Source: Tubulanus polymorphus
Taxonomy: Eukaryota > Animalia > Nemertea
Direction of reading: 5' to 3'
DNA: 64,000 bases
NCBI RefSeq assembly: GCF_964204645.1
Contig: NC_134029.1
Span: 9,202,850 to 9,266,849 of the forward strand
Positions 34,301-48,398 of the stretch are shown here, in pieces. The position numbers and the translations under genes were made by a program. The notes beneath the pieces are model-generated. The model did not search any database and was not told the origin of the DNA. It worked only from the letters and a program-made list of their open reading frames with translations. Numbering within the stretch: the stretch's first letter is position 1; each line of letters starts with the position of its first letter.

Positions 34301-36595
34301 TTAGATATAATGTTTTTCAAGTTTCCTGAGTTGAAACTCACAGATGAAGAAAAGTCGCTGTTAGAAAAAGAAGGCGTTACATTACCGACTGATGTACCAT
34401 TGACGAAAGAAGAAGAGCGTGTACTTAAAGGTGTTCGTCGAAAGATTCGAAATAAGGTACAAGTTGTTTCCATCGTCTGAGCTTTTCCATTATCATAGCA
34501 CGTAGACTAGTGGTCAGAGGACTTAAAAGTTATTTCAATTGTCCACCATCTTGGAACTTGTTCTTTGCACCCTAGGCCTGCCAGTAATAATAATAATAAT
34601 AATAATAATAATATATTTTCTTATATAGTGTATATCTATAAAATAATGGATGCGCTTCACAATATAAAACACAGTACAAAGAAATTGTTAAAATTACCAA
34701 GTATACATGCATAATAAAACAATACAGAGTAGGTTTTGAGAGTAGGTTTGGAATATCTTAAGATTATGTTTAGAAATATCAACGGATGCACTTTCTCTCA
34801 ATATATATTCCTTGTATAATTGCATGGATGCTTATAATTTCATATGCTTAGATTTCTGCAAAAGAAAGTCGCAAAAGGAAACAAGGATATGTGGAAGGCT
34901 TGGAAAACCGGGTGAAACACTGTACACAGCAAAACCAGAGTTTACAGAAAAAAGTGAAAGTACTTGAAGTCCAGAACAGGTAGGCCTTATTTTCAAATTA
35001 AAAGTTGCTTACACAATTCATAACTGTTCCAGGACTTCAAATGGTTCCCGATTTTGCGTAGTGCCAAATCAACAAAGTCAAAGCCACTGAAAGCTGCCGT
35101 GTAAAAATGGTTATATGCCATTAAACAATAGTGACAAATGTCACCTCTGGTCTTCAACGACCATCTCATACATTTCCATCTTGTGTTTTTTGAGTTTGTG
35201 GGTATACAGTACGATTGGCGATGATTGTTAGGGTTAAGTTGTTTAAGTAAGGGATTAAGATAGTGGCCTCTTCATCAAGTTGTTTACGCATATTTCTTTC
35301 ATTATTTCAGTTCATTGTTGAATCAACTGCGTCGACTTCAAGCTCTAATAACGGGCAGCAGTAAACCTGTACAAGCCAGTACTTGCGTCATGGTGCTCAT
35401 GCTGTCATTTGCATTGTTCATATTTCCTAATTGGAAACCAACCCAAATTCAGAATATGCCGACCATCACAAAGAATTTACCTTTAGCGGGTAAGTATCAG
35501 ATGTAAGATGATCTTGCATCAGTTCCTCAGTCAGGGGGATCTAGGATTAAGCTTTGTACCTGAAAATTGGAGTGGGCACTTGATTTGAAAAGAGCAGATG
35601 ATTTGATGATGCAAAGGCTGCAAGTGTGAAACATTGGCAGGGGTTCTGGTGACCCTCTTACAGAAGATAGTACAAAAAGAGACGTTTCTGGTCCTCATCA
35701 GTGCCTATTTGGATTTATTTTGGGTCTGTTTAAAATTTTCTTCACTGGAAAAATTTTTCAAGACATTTTTGGAAGGCACATTCGAATTTTTAAAGGGGGT
35801 CAGCCGGTTCACTCCCTTAAATCTGTTTTATATGTGATAAGTAGTGATAACATATTTATGTTAAAACCCTTCCAATTTGTGTAACACTGCTATGCGGTGT
35901 AAATTTACCCTAGTAAACGTGCTGTGTATCCATATAGTTGTTTATTAGTCAAAATCTCTATTTCAAAAACTCTCCATCAATATAGGGTGGGGAAAAAAGC
36001 ACTCAAGCTATTTGAACTATGGATCTTTTGAACAATAATAAGAGACAGATCCCAGATCTTATGCCCTGAATGGTGCTTACCGGATGTAGGGATGATAAAA
36101 GTGTTAATAAATTATTTCTTACATATAGGCAGATCAAGAAGTCTATTGCAAAATGGCGTAACAGACTTAGACGAGCCATACAGTCTGTCAATAAAACCCG
36201 GTCCACCGTGGGAAACACCGCCTAAAACGCCTGCTATAAACCTGCCAGTTATCGACGAACAAATAAAGACAATCGACAAATCGGCGACCGTAAGTGGATC
36301 TTTGTACGTAGCTAAAGATCAAACGATTGCCAGTGAATCGATAAAAGAGAAATCTCTAAATGACGCGGCAGCGGCTGCGAATCGTTCAAATATGGACAGC
36401 GCTCGAACGGCCAACGACATCACGGGACCAAAAACCGATGCTGGCACCGGCGAAAATTCGTCGGACCTCGACGATAATGTTATTTTTGACGAAGACGAAA
36501 CGGATGAAGATTTTCCCGATGAAGAATTGTTCAGACATTTAGCGAATAAGATTTTCGGTAAACCCGCGAGTGAGAACACGGTCAGTGAGTTATAA
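27454..36595 (+). CDS. CREB3L3: CREB3-family membrane-bound bZIP transcription factor (CREB3/CREB3L3/CREB3L4 co-ortholog), about 545 aa, 8 coding exons
   Basis: Exons 27454-27579, 28100-28304, 32730-32951, 33829-34004, 34322-34456, 34852-34979, 35311-35489 and 36129-36595 total 1638 nt with consistent phases. The N-terminal DILDLLF..DGIL motif resembles CREB-H. ATB plus bZIP: [52 protein letters not shown]: [17 protein letters not shown]. Site-1 protease motif RSLL, then a luminal tail. A 5'UTR acceptor at 27386 implies an upstream non-coding exon. The choice among vertebrate paralog names is nominal. Confidence 0.92.
28601..30398 (+). mobile_element. Helentron-associated (HINE/DINE-1-like) non-autonomous element with an internal tandem array
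   Basis: Starts in a T-run. The 5' subterminal repeat GCCCACTTGGGA (28607-28618) has an adjacent short inverted copy, followed by (TCCG)n-like repeats. The 3' inverted subterminal repeat TCCCAAGTGGGC (30363-30374) is followed by a small hairpin and a CTAGT-TT end. A second, inverted copy lies at 53858-56793. Confidence 0.8.
29521..30330. repeat. Tandem array of about 6 monomers (126/154 bp) inside the HINE
   Basis: The anchor CAATTG(G/C)AAAGTTGTAGCTCATGAC recurs at 29547, 29673, 29827, 29953, 30107 and (diverged) 30261. Confidence 0.9.
31188..31440 (-). mobile_element. Small HINE-like element carrying an (ACGC)n/(AC)n microsatellite
   Basis: (ACGC)n at about 31353-31392, short inverted TCGAC-containing motifs near both ends, and a CTAGT terminus on the minus strand. 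Confidence 0.45.
32533..32676. repeat. Short tandem repeat, about 3 units of 50-55 bp
   Basis: GTTTTGCCCCATA.ATT...AAGAAACC.CT.AT.CTGCT is repeated three times. Confidence 0.7.
34585..34612. repeat. (AAT)n microsatellite
   Basis: About 9 AAT units, read directly. Confidence 0.85.
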
Positions 36596-38559
36596 GCTCA
36601 GTTTAGGACACATCGTTCTGAGTTGGGTTTAGTACTGAGTTAAGTGTCTAATATGAAGCTTTTGCTCAAGGTTGTTATCTGTTGCAATGCAATGTGCTAT
36701 ACCAGTTGTCAGATATATTAGCTGATCCTTCTTCTTGTTTACTACTGATATTTCCACTGTGGCATTTGACAATAGATTCAATTACAGTCTACCTCGGATG
36801 TAACGTCGTTGGATTTACCATAGATTCACTTATATCGTATTATTTCCCAGGTCCCGATTTTTTCCTTCTATTAGGCCTCGAATGTACAGTATTTTTTATA
36901 ATGTAGATCGCTTATATCTTATAAATTATTTGGTCCCAATTAGTCAAATCAACTTAATTATCCTCGGATATAACGTATCGCAAAAATTAAAAAATGAGAA
37001 CAAATACAACTGATAAAAACGAAAGTGTTAATACAGTGCAATAGCCCTACTACTGTATATACGAACACGTGCCATGTCTGACTTATCAATAATTTCCATG
37101 ACAGCACTTGCATACGCGTGGTTTAAAGCAGCACGATGCCTTCTAAAAGAAAGGTGATTAGTTATCAAGCGAAGTATGATATTATTTAAGGAGGCAAATA
37201 ATAATTATTTCTTCTCCGATTATTCTACACATTGAAGTCTTTTTATGCACACCATAGGCTTGCATGATTTTAAATTACATTCGGCTATAACAAAGTTTAT
37301 ACAGTATATACGTATACCGTATTTCGGTTATAACATAGAAATTATCTGGTCCCGACTGCTATGTTACATCCGAGGTAGACTGTACCAAGATGCAGTGGAA
37401 ATGGATGTTAGTTTTACTCCCAGTGCCATGAAAGAAAGTCCTAAAGGTCACTTGAATAACGTAATAGTTCCAACTACGTATGAGGATCCTTCTCAATTGT
37501 ATACAGATACACAGGTTCTATCAGTTTATTGAACTTTGCTGAAACAAACCGAAGTGTTTGATTATCTTGAGCGTCATCTGATCTGACTCTGGATATATTT
37601 TGAAACTCTGTATCCATTTTCACGGTTGTGAATAAGATTGTGCTCTGGAGAATGAACTCATTTCAATTGTATGTAATAGACCTGAACAACAATCGTGGAT
37701 GTAACAAGAGGCTACTTAATTTTGAATATTTGTGTTTCCATAAATACAATATGTCAAAACAGCCAAAATACTCAAAAAACTAATGTTATTTCCATATTTT
37801 AAATGTTAAAATTTTGTCTACCGAATTTGAGCATCATTTTAGACAAAAACTCGAGTACTACGCTGAGAATATTTATATACGGATAGGTTAGGTAGCTTGC
37901 TTATGGTATGTTTATTGCACAAAGATAATGTCCATGTACATACAACGAAACCAGCAAATGAACAGCTATTTGATATCATTAATGTTTATTGTTTTGGTGT
38001 AAAACCAGTGAGAGGATTTTCACCAATTTGATAGATGTATAGAATATGCAAAGGATATTTTGTTTTCGCTGTCAAATTTCTATGTAAAAGAGCGTTCAAA
38101 AAGCAGGTTCTTTTCACTAACCACAAGTCAACAAATTGAAATGTTTGGTACATGTTTGTTTATCTGATATCTTGGTTATAGGGGTTAGTTTTCCATTTCA
38201 CAAGTATCAAAACCCACTTTCCAAACCCCTCTATTTATGATATCAGCTTTTCGGGTGTTTACAGCCTATAAAAGATGCCAAGCAACTTTTTAGGTACAAT
38301 TTTAACCTTGCCATGCACCACTTCCTAGTCAATGTTAATGATACATATGTTTTAGCAGAAAAATTATTTATTCACCATTAATGTATATTTTTTGTACATA
38401 AACTTCTCACACTTAAAGCGTTTACATGTATATAGTAAAAACTATAAAATCAAGAAAATTATGAAATATATGATAATATGAAAGAACATCTGGAGTTATG
38501 TTTGTTTAATTTTGTCGTATGAATCTTGTCGAAAAATGCATTGCAGGCCTGTCAATGTG

Positions 38560-38953
38560 AATTCCTATGAAATTTGGTGGCAATATGGGTCTGGTGGTAA
38601 ATAGCCTCTCCAACGACTTGGCATGTTGAATGCAAGGAAATGGTGTAATGGCAATTAAATATTTGGAAGATGATGTTACATCTGGCAGGGATTTGGCGAG
38701 ATGAAATCATGAGACTCGGCCATGGAATGAGACCCTGTCTGGTTAACCTGAGTGTAGTTACCTGAAACTTGGTGGGTTTATGGATGAATCGATATCCCTG
38801 AAACTTGGTGGGTATATAGGTTAATCAATTTCCTTGAAACTTGGTGGGTTAATGGATTGACATCTCTGTCCGAGACTTAGTGGGTTGTATCAGACCTTAT
38901 AACATTACACAATGGCCACCTCGGCTTGGAATGATCACGCACTGACTTCTAGT
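38560..38953 (+). mobile_element. HINE-like remnant with about 35-40 bp tandem units (GAAACTTGGTGGG)
   Basis: GAAACTTGGTGGG recurs 4 times at about 38764-38885, and the element ends in TTCTAGT at about 38953. Confidence 0.45.
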
Positions 38954-39432
38954 GCCCTAATGTGGGCGAATCAAATGATTTGGAATAATACCATGCAAGT
39001 ATAGGCCTATACATTGTATCCGCCTACATTAGGGGTTAGATGGTTCCTAGTAGTTTGAATAAATAACTGAGAAATAATTTCACTTCCCAATGCCTAGTGG
39101 ACTAACTAGACTAACTGGATTTTTTAGAGGGAGGGCAAGAATTAATAAAAGCGGAACTATGCTATATATATACTTGGCGCTGTATCTGCCAAGTGAGCAT
39201 TTCTAAATCCTTGAAATTGTTGAATGTTCTTAGTCTACATTTTTTAAATTTGAAGTTTGGGGAGGGCTTTCTCTAGATCTAGATCTTATAAGGCAAAATG
39301 TTTATGAAATTTCTGGATAATGAAAAAAAAAATCCAATACTAAAAAAATGGGGGTTGTCTGCACCTCGACTCCCTCTGGCGACGTGCATGACTACAAGTC
39401 GATATTTTGTTTCCAGGTCAAGTGAGAAATAG

Positions 39433-40388
<956 letters not shown>

Positions 40389-41279
40389 ACATGGTGTGGA
40401 TATATCATAATAGAAATTATCGGTTAATGACTACTGCGTTAGTTAGAAACAAAGTAAAGAGCAAACAAATGAAAATTTATAAATACAATATGATTACTGT
40501 AAATATGTCTTTTTATTGAATTTATGCATTATTTAGTAGTACAATAAAACATTTTGCATTATATATCCTTATTTTTTTCTCATTTTTTTTTCAATTAAGA
40601 TCACTCATAAAATACAAGTCAAACATGATTCCTGACTTATATGTATTAGTGCAGGTATCATATTGCTGCCTGGACCCACCTTCCAATTGTTGATCAACCA
40701 GGCTTCAAAGTGATACCAATAAATGAAGACCTCTATTGATTTTTTTGTGCCTACAAGCATCTACAATCTAATCCTGTCATAACACCATCATTTTTTAAGC
40801 TAGTGCTCAAGTAATGGTAACGTTGAATTTTAGAGAACAATTAATGCTGTGTACCAAACTTAAACAATATTCTTAATGACGTCATCTTTTTTGGTCCCAA
40901 TGGCTGTGAGTTATAACAGTCTTGGACTGTATTATTGAAGCCATACCATGACCAATGCTGCCCGAGTAGAGTAAAAACATTACTCCTATGCTTGAGTAAA
41001 GAAATAGATTTCTACTGAATTCAAGTGATGAAATTATTATATATTTTGACATAATGTTTAATTTCACCAATTCAACACACCAGTAGATGGCGTTACTATC
41101 TATATAATTGCATACATAGATTCTATATAAATTTCCAATCTATTGGTCAAACATTCCACCATTTCTACGGAAACCAATATTTTCAGTCAGCGTGGCTGGC
41201 CACTAACAAATGATCATTTCCACTAACTCCAGGCGTTGAGCTTTGGGAATACATTGGAACCTCACTGTGATCATGGTTG

Positions 41280-41380
41280 TAGGTAAAAATGCCCTGGGTA
41301 AAAATCCCCTAGGTAAAAAATCGCCTCGGTAAAAATCCCCAAATATTCTCAAATATTATCAAGGTAAAAATCCCTACTTG
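41280..41380. repeat. Cluster of GGTAAAAATCCC repeats, probably the subterminal region of a DNA transposon
   Basis: Five GGTAAAAA(T/A).CC units within 100 bp. A tRNA-like B box (GGTTCGAATCCC) lies nearby at about 41679-41690. Confidence 0.55.
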
Positions 41381-43449
41381 GTGCATCCTCGCATGCCAGG
41401 GGTCCGGTATCACTCCCGAACTTGCTTCCACCAGCCCCCTGGCCTCAGGAAGCGTGATTTCATTACTGGTGCTGTTGCGCATGACGACATACATCGATTT
41501 GCGAAATACTTCCTTGTTCGGTAAAACGTTCGCTGATTGGTCCATTTAACGGGAAAACCAACAGAAGCCCAATGTCGTTTGTTACAAGCCCTGTGATTGG
41601 TACGACTGGATTCTGGTCGGCTAGTAACCACTCCGACTCGTGAGGACAAGGGGTTCGGGGAACAGCTTTAGCGTAGTGGGTTCGAATCCCTTGACGGGTG
41701 AAGATGCACTTGGTGATTTTCAAGAACATTTCAAAGCAAAATATTTCTCCAATTTTGTTCATTTGCGATGAGACTGAAATTTGTTTGAACTGCGCAATGG
41801 AATCTTTCGTTGGGATAAATTCTTTATGTAAACTCTTAGAATAAAATAAATTGTTAGAATTAATAAGAATAATGAACTTTTTATTTGTAATATCTTAAAA
41901 ATATTTGAACTGGAATATTTTTATACTGTAAACTCTTGTTGACTTGTAGTATATTTGAGCAGTGCAATGCCATGAATTATAAGCAATAATGGACTTTTAA
42001 TTCTAGAGATTTTAGATTCAAGCTAGTGTAATATATAAGTGCGATGAACCCTTTCATTAAGCTGTGTGATAACTTTAAGAACTAATTTAGTATTAATGGG
42101 CTGGTAATTTGTAGTATGTTTTAATTCAAGTATATACTACCGGTATAGTTTGTATACTCATGATATCCTTATGATGTTCCACATACGAATTAATTGACCT
42201 TATGATTGTATCTACTTACACTACATTCAGGAAGGGGATGTGACGAACTAGGACACAATGTTGATTCAATATAACAAACCTAGAATTTCATCCTAAATAT
42301 CAGCAAGAAAATTCAATTGTATAATGAAGCATGCGTAATGATGAACAGATTCCCTGAAATTCGCTGTAACGAGGTTCCACTGTAGAGCCTATTCTGTGAC
42401 CAGTCTGGAGTTGTTACCAAATTATGTGAATTTTTGTCTGCGCGCATGAACTACTAAAAACACAGTTAAATCTCTACCGATATTCAGATTCTTATTGTTT
42501 TCGTTAACTTGCAGTTACAATACAAGTTGTGACTGATTAAATTCTACAGGGGACAACCAAATTTGGGAATACGCAAGGATTTCATCATAAGATAAATGTG
42601 ACTTGGTTTCCCTGTGTCCCTGGCAGACCAGCCGTTAACTAAATCAACCAGTCCAGTCGGCAAAACCATTGTTCCCAACTTCATCTTATCTTCAGGTTAC
42701 AATATATCAGCAATTTCATTGCAAGAATAAAAACATTTATATACAACAATATACATGCTAACAATCTTAAAGATAATGTGAGATTATTATTCCAATGGAT
42801 CTAATCCTGGCAAGACAAAAAGCCCTGTAAAACAAAAGTCCTGTATTACTGTGGCAAGAAGAAATTCTATCTTTGTTGAATATGTCACTACAAATGCAAT
42901 AGAAGGCCCGATCATCATAAACCAATCGGTGCAAATAGACATGATTAACTTATTTGGTCAATGACATTTACCGGTAAGCAAGTATAGATTATATAACATA
43001 AGGGTGCCTTTTTATCTGTATGCACCCATTCAACTATAGAAGGGTTCCATACTAAGTCTTGGTAGATAAAAGAAGAAATCCCTGCAATCGATATAACTAC
43101 ACTGCAATTAGAAGAGTCATTGTTTCAATTCATCTTTACTCTTAGGAAATATAACTTTGGTTTTATTCTAATTGCATTCTATTCTATTTTACTTTTTTGC
43201 TACATATATAGTCATAAAAGAAAAGTTTAATAGAAATAAAATCTACTTCTTTTAAAAATACACCATACATCTGAGTGAGGGATAATGCGACATCCGGGCC
43301 AGTGCCATAGTTGAAAGTAAAAAAGTTGCCAAGTAAAAATAAGTTCATTACCAATAACTTCAGCCTTGAGTCAAATATTAACCATGAACTAAGGAACTGG
43401 CTCCAGAGTTTCATAAAAACAAATCCATCAACATTACAGATTCCAGAGC

Positions 43450-46400
43450 TTACGATCCTCCATAAAATTTCGTGTTTATCAAGAATAGCATGAGATTGAC
43501 GTTAACACGCACTCTGTTGAAAAGCTTCGTCACAGCAACACCTTCATATTGCAACTGCAGCAAATCCTGCAAAAAAGAGGAGAGATATAGTATTTTCTTA
43601 TCAACTCTGATGTTGAACATCATTCATTCAAAGTATTATCAGTGGGTTAGAGGTTTCTTTTTCCCTTTTGATTGGGAAGAGGCCATCGATCTAGAACCAC
43701 TTCCACCAAGATTCAAACACATGAAACCTGCATATATGAGCCCAGTACTGTATATCTTTAAAGACCAATGAAGAAGGATGTTTTCAGTAACATAACTTTC
43801 AGTTAGTTAACAAGAACAAGGACTTAGTAAGAATTTAATCAATTTATCCAAGAAAGCACCATATTCTTTTAGGTGAATAGCCACACTCTGACATGGAGAA
43901 TAGATAAAGTTTAAAACCCACTATAGATGGTACAAAGAATAAAAGCAAATTTTATCTATCAAAAATTCTAAATATCAAAAGACATGATTTTCATATTTAA
44001 TTTTTGACAAATGAAATTCACTTTCAGTCTTTTAAAGATTGTACCATATAAAGCGGGTTTGTTTCTTCTTTTAATAATACTGAATCAAGAAGAGAGAGCA
44101 AATGATATCATCTTCAGGAGCTGAGAGTACATAGACAAGGTCTCTGGTACAGTACGAGGTTTATCCAAATTCTTGAAAGAAGAAATTTTTTCCAGAGAGT
44201 CAGTTTGTCATCATAAGTGATCTGTCATTCAAGTTTGAATTCTTATAACGTTAATCAATCACCTGTAAGACTACATCGACTTTATGCATGCTGACTCCCA
44301 TGAACTTTGCGTGAACGTCAAATGTTCCCGCAACTCCAGTGGCATTAATTTCAAATAGAAGATTCTTGAACCTGAAAAAATGAAAAAAATATGTAACAGC
44401 ACATCATTGACCTGTTAATTGCGTAAAATTGTAGTCTGGACAGTAGTATTTCTAGCTTGAATGGACACAAAGTAGGAGCGAGATAATTTTGATTCGAAGG
44501 TCACAACAGCTCCATTCAAAGAACAGACTTACTGATTTTGCTGCAACCCATCAATCTCCAGAATGACACCCTTTTCTTGCAACCGCAGAGCAGTATAATG
44601 AACCGAGGTGACTGTCATGCCTTTTTTGCCGAACAGACCCGAACGCGGACGTCTAGTGTAGAGAAAATCAGTTTATGAAACATAAATCATAAATCTTGGT
44701 ATTGAATGAGTGAATGAGAGGCAAAAGAATTCAATGCACTTCATCAAGGTTAAAATCTATATTCTTACCTTTTCCTCAGGGCTTGTTTATCCATGCATTG
44801 TTTAACATAGCGACTGTAATAATCGATCTGTTCCTCGTAGAACGACCGCTTGACGCCGAGACTTTTCAACGTCGAACGTAATTTCATGATATCCTGTTTT
44901 CGTCGAAGTCGATATTTCCGTTGGTTCCTGATATCCTGTCAATAGGAAACAAACTTTCCACAATTTATTTTCGTTTTATGAAATATGAAAATGCAATGTC
45001 GCCAAGATAAAGTTTTATTTTACTTTTAAGTTGGATCAACCAGTAACAAAGTTTAGAGGATTGAATCAGTGTAGAAACCAAGTCCAACCTAGCTACTTGA
45101 TTATGTGATCCAGAGAAACCGGACTTTGATTATTGGCTACATGGCCATTTTCTTCTCATTTTCTCTTTTTCTCAGATGTGGTATGATTGCAGGAGCACAT
45201 GATAAACTGACAGCGGATGCATTTCAAAGAACATTCCTCCCATGTTTATGACAGATTCTCCAGATCCTATTCGATTATGTATTAACACTGGAGAAACCCG
45301 ACTACATAATTGAAAAGGCTCCTTTACAAAGCCTATCGAACTGAGGATGTGACATTATTCATTCTAAACCCAAAATCCTAAATCACCAATGTAGGTAGGT
45401 ATACATACATAAAATATGAAATTACAGCTAATGGTATCACCATGATAGCATTTAAAGGGGAACTGCAGTCAAAAAATTATAGTTGGTCATTCATTTCTAC
45501 TCTTGTTGTTTAGCATAATGCTAGTTGAAATTTTCAATTCTTCCTAATTAACTTGTATACAACGATTTTAATACTGTTATCAGCAGAATTTACGGCAGAT
45601 GAGAGCCGCCATATTTAAATTCCAAAGTGAGGCATGTAAACATTGATGACGTATCCCGGCCCATCACACACTCTCCAAAAATAGATACACTCATTGAAGA
45701 TCTCAGTTGAAAATTGCGATTAAAATACTCCTGCTTGGCTGCCAGTGGGGTCTTTTATTTATCCACTCCCTGTGTGAAACATATCCAAATAATTGCTGAT
45801 GTGGCATTATGCTGCAGTTAAGAATTGTTATTGGACTTTAAGTGATGAAAACACTATGAATAGCAGTCAGTAACACCTATAGCAGTGGGCCGAACTACGT
45901 CACAGCCGAGAGAAAAGCATCCGCTACGTGGAGAAAACGGTGGCAGCCAGGCACTCTACAAAACCCTCTTTTTTGGATAAAGTATTAAATGAAATGTTTT
46001 TCTGCTGTTTTGAAAATGTATTTATAAAGGTTTCTAACACATATAGATACAAACATTTTTTCACTTCAGTTCCCCTTTAATACTGCCGATGAAAATCAGC
46101 TAGTTATTGTCGCTTGGTATACCTGAACTATCAAGTTGAGAATATCCTTAGCATCGTACTCTAGCCGCTTCATATTCTCTAGCACCCGTTGTTTCATGTT
46201 TTCTAGTGGTAACCTACACAGTTTGGACAAATTGAGACATTTCAGACACAACATTTCAATCCAAACCAGCACTACCAGGTTAATCAGCAAAATTAAACTC
46301 CTACCGTGACAATGAATATCTACAAACCTAGTATTCCGTGACATAGACTCGCTACGCGTCAGCTTCGTATTCTTAGTCCCGGCGGCAAGATCAAGTTTTT

Positions 46401-48357
46401 CTCGGTTTCGAATTATCGTTTTATGCAGTTCTTCTTGTTCGGGAGTAGCTTTCGTTGTTAAAATATCGTTCAACGTTTCACCCTCTTGACATCTCACCAG
46501 GTCGACTATCATCACTTTAGTTCTACAAACAACAAATAACCAAGAGTAAACTTCAGCTTTATCTCTTGAGTACCAGGTCATGTTATAAACCCAGGGGCTT
46601 TTTTATGAATTTTGACCTAATGATATCTAAATATAGAATCACTGTAGTTTCTAACATTTTGCATTTCCTTTCAAAAGCTTCCCCTTCTCGCTCATATTGG
46701 TCAGAAAATATGACTGAAAACAATAAGTCTATTGAGCACTTACATATACTTCAAAGAAACTAAATATGGTGTACCTCAAGGTTCGGTCCTTGGACCATTA
46801 CTTTTTCTAGTCTATGTTAATGACCTTAGTCTCAATCATAAACACAAAACAGCCATATCGTTTGCTGATGACACTAATCTATTTACGTCCGACCAAAATA
46901 TAACCCAACTCTTAGAAAATGCTACAAGTGACTTAAAGGGCAAATGCCATCAAAAAATTGTTCTTTCCGCGATTTCTTAACCAGAAGATACTTCAGTATA
47001 CATATAAAGACCTGAGATGTGACTTATTGAAAAAAGGAGCACGAATTAGCCGTAATAGTTAGCGGAATAGTCATCTATTTATCCTTCACTCCGTGCATAT
47101 AGTTCATATTCAACCCGCAGGTGGCGCTTTATATGATGTTGACTATGACAATCAACACAAGCATGTGTGCTTTTATACGCGTAGCCTATGTATAATCGAT
47201 AAATTATACACCATTTGTTTAGATTTGCTAGATTCAAACAAGAGCCCCAAGGGGCACTATGGCCAGCCTATCAGCTTTTCATAAAATGGCAAATGATGAT
47301 GCATTCTGTGTTCTGGGTTAAATTTGTCAAAATACACTCCCAGCTCAGAGTCAATACCTAATAATTTACACAATACAATCGTAGAATACAAAAGTAGCAC
47401 AGACAGCGACTGGATTTGGCAGGAACAAATACCTCAGATAAATCTTTTCCCTCTGTCATTGATTTTTATGCGGAATAGAATTGAATTTTCTGAAATTTGC
47501 TCAATAAAACAAAATTGAATTGGATTTTGTTTTTATTCGTTCAATAAAGTAAAATTGAATTGGATATTTTCTTGCAGAATAAAATTTGATTGAATTTGTA
47601 GTTTGAGCACATGGCTAATTAGCATATCAAGGTCATCTATCCGATTTAAGAAAAATCTATTTTTCCCGGACTTTGTACAATGGTCAATGATATTTTCTGT
47701 AGTGCCAATAAAAATATTCCTCCCAAAAACCGTATCAACTAAAGCTTTCACAGAAATCGATCTTGAAATACAATTTTAGATCTTAAAATAAAACCCGGAA
47801 GTAAAACGGTAGACGATACCGCGGGTTCACGTGAACACCTGCTGATTTCTGCAGCTAAGCCAATCATAGAGGAGTCTTTGCTTTCTGATTGGCTTTTCAA
47901 AACCAATATTTTTGCGATCAGACATTCGGGAAAAAGCTCATATAAATTTAAACAAGACCCTCTTTCAAAATTCAGCTATGTAGAGGTTGGAGAATGGATA
48001 ATGCTTTAATGAATGATTTGTATGAATATATGCTCAGTTGCACAGTAAAAGAGCCTTTCCTCTGGAAACTATGTCATCTAAATTCGCTCCATTTGTATAG
48101 TAATAGGCTCAGCCTATGGCTGGCCTAAAAAACAACCTTCAAGAACTATTGCCTTCCACAATTCTAAATTAATTTATCGATAATAATTTCCGTTACAGTT
48201 TTCATTATTGTTAGTATTATCATAACCATGAGTGCCGTTTAATTATCATTATTATTATCATTATCATTATTATTGTTTTATTATAATTGTTATTAGCACT
48301 ATCATTTTTATTATTATTAGCATTAATATTGTTAATATAATCATAACCTTGTGTGTC

Positions 48358-48398
<41 letters not shown>

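Noticed and set aside
41600-41710. Possible tRNA gene (GGTTCGAATCCC)
   Set aside because: A B box is present but I could not form an acceptor stem or cloverleaf, and the spacing is too long. It is more likely a SINE-derived fragment.
41309-41762. Three overlapping minus-strand ORFs of 78-99 aa
   Set aside because: They have no recognisable domain or splice structure and overlap repeat-like sequence.
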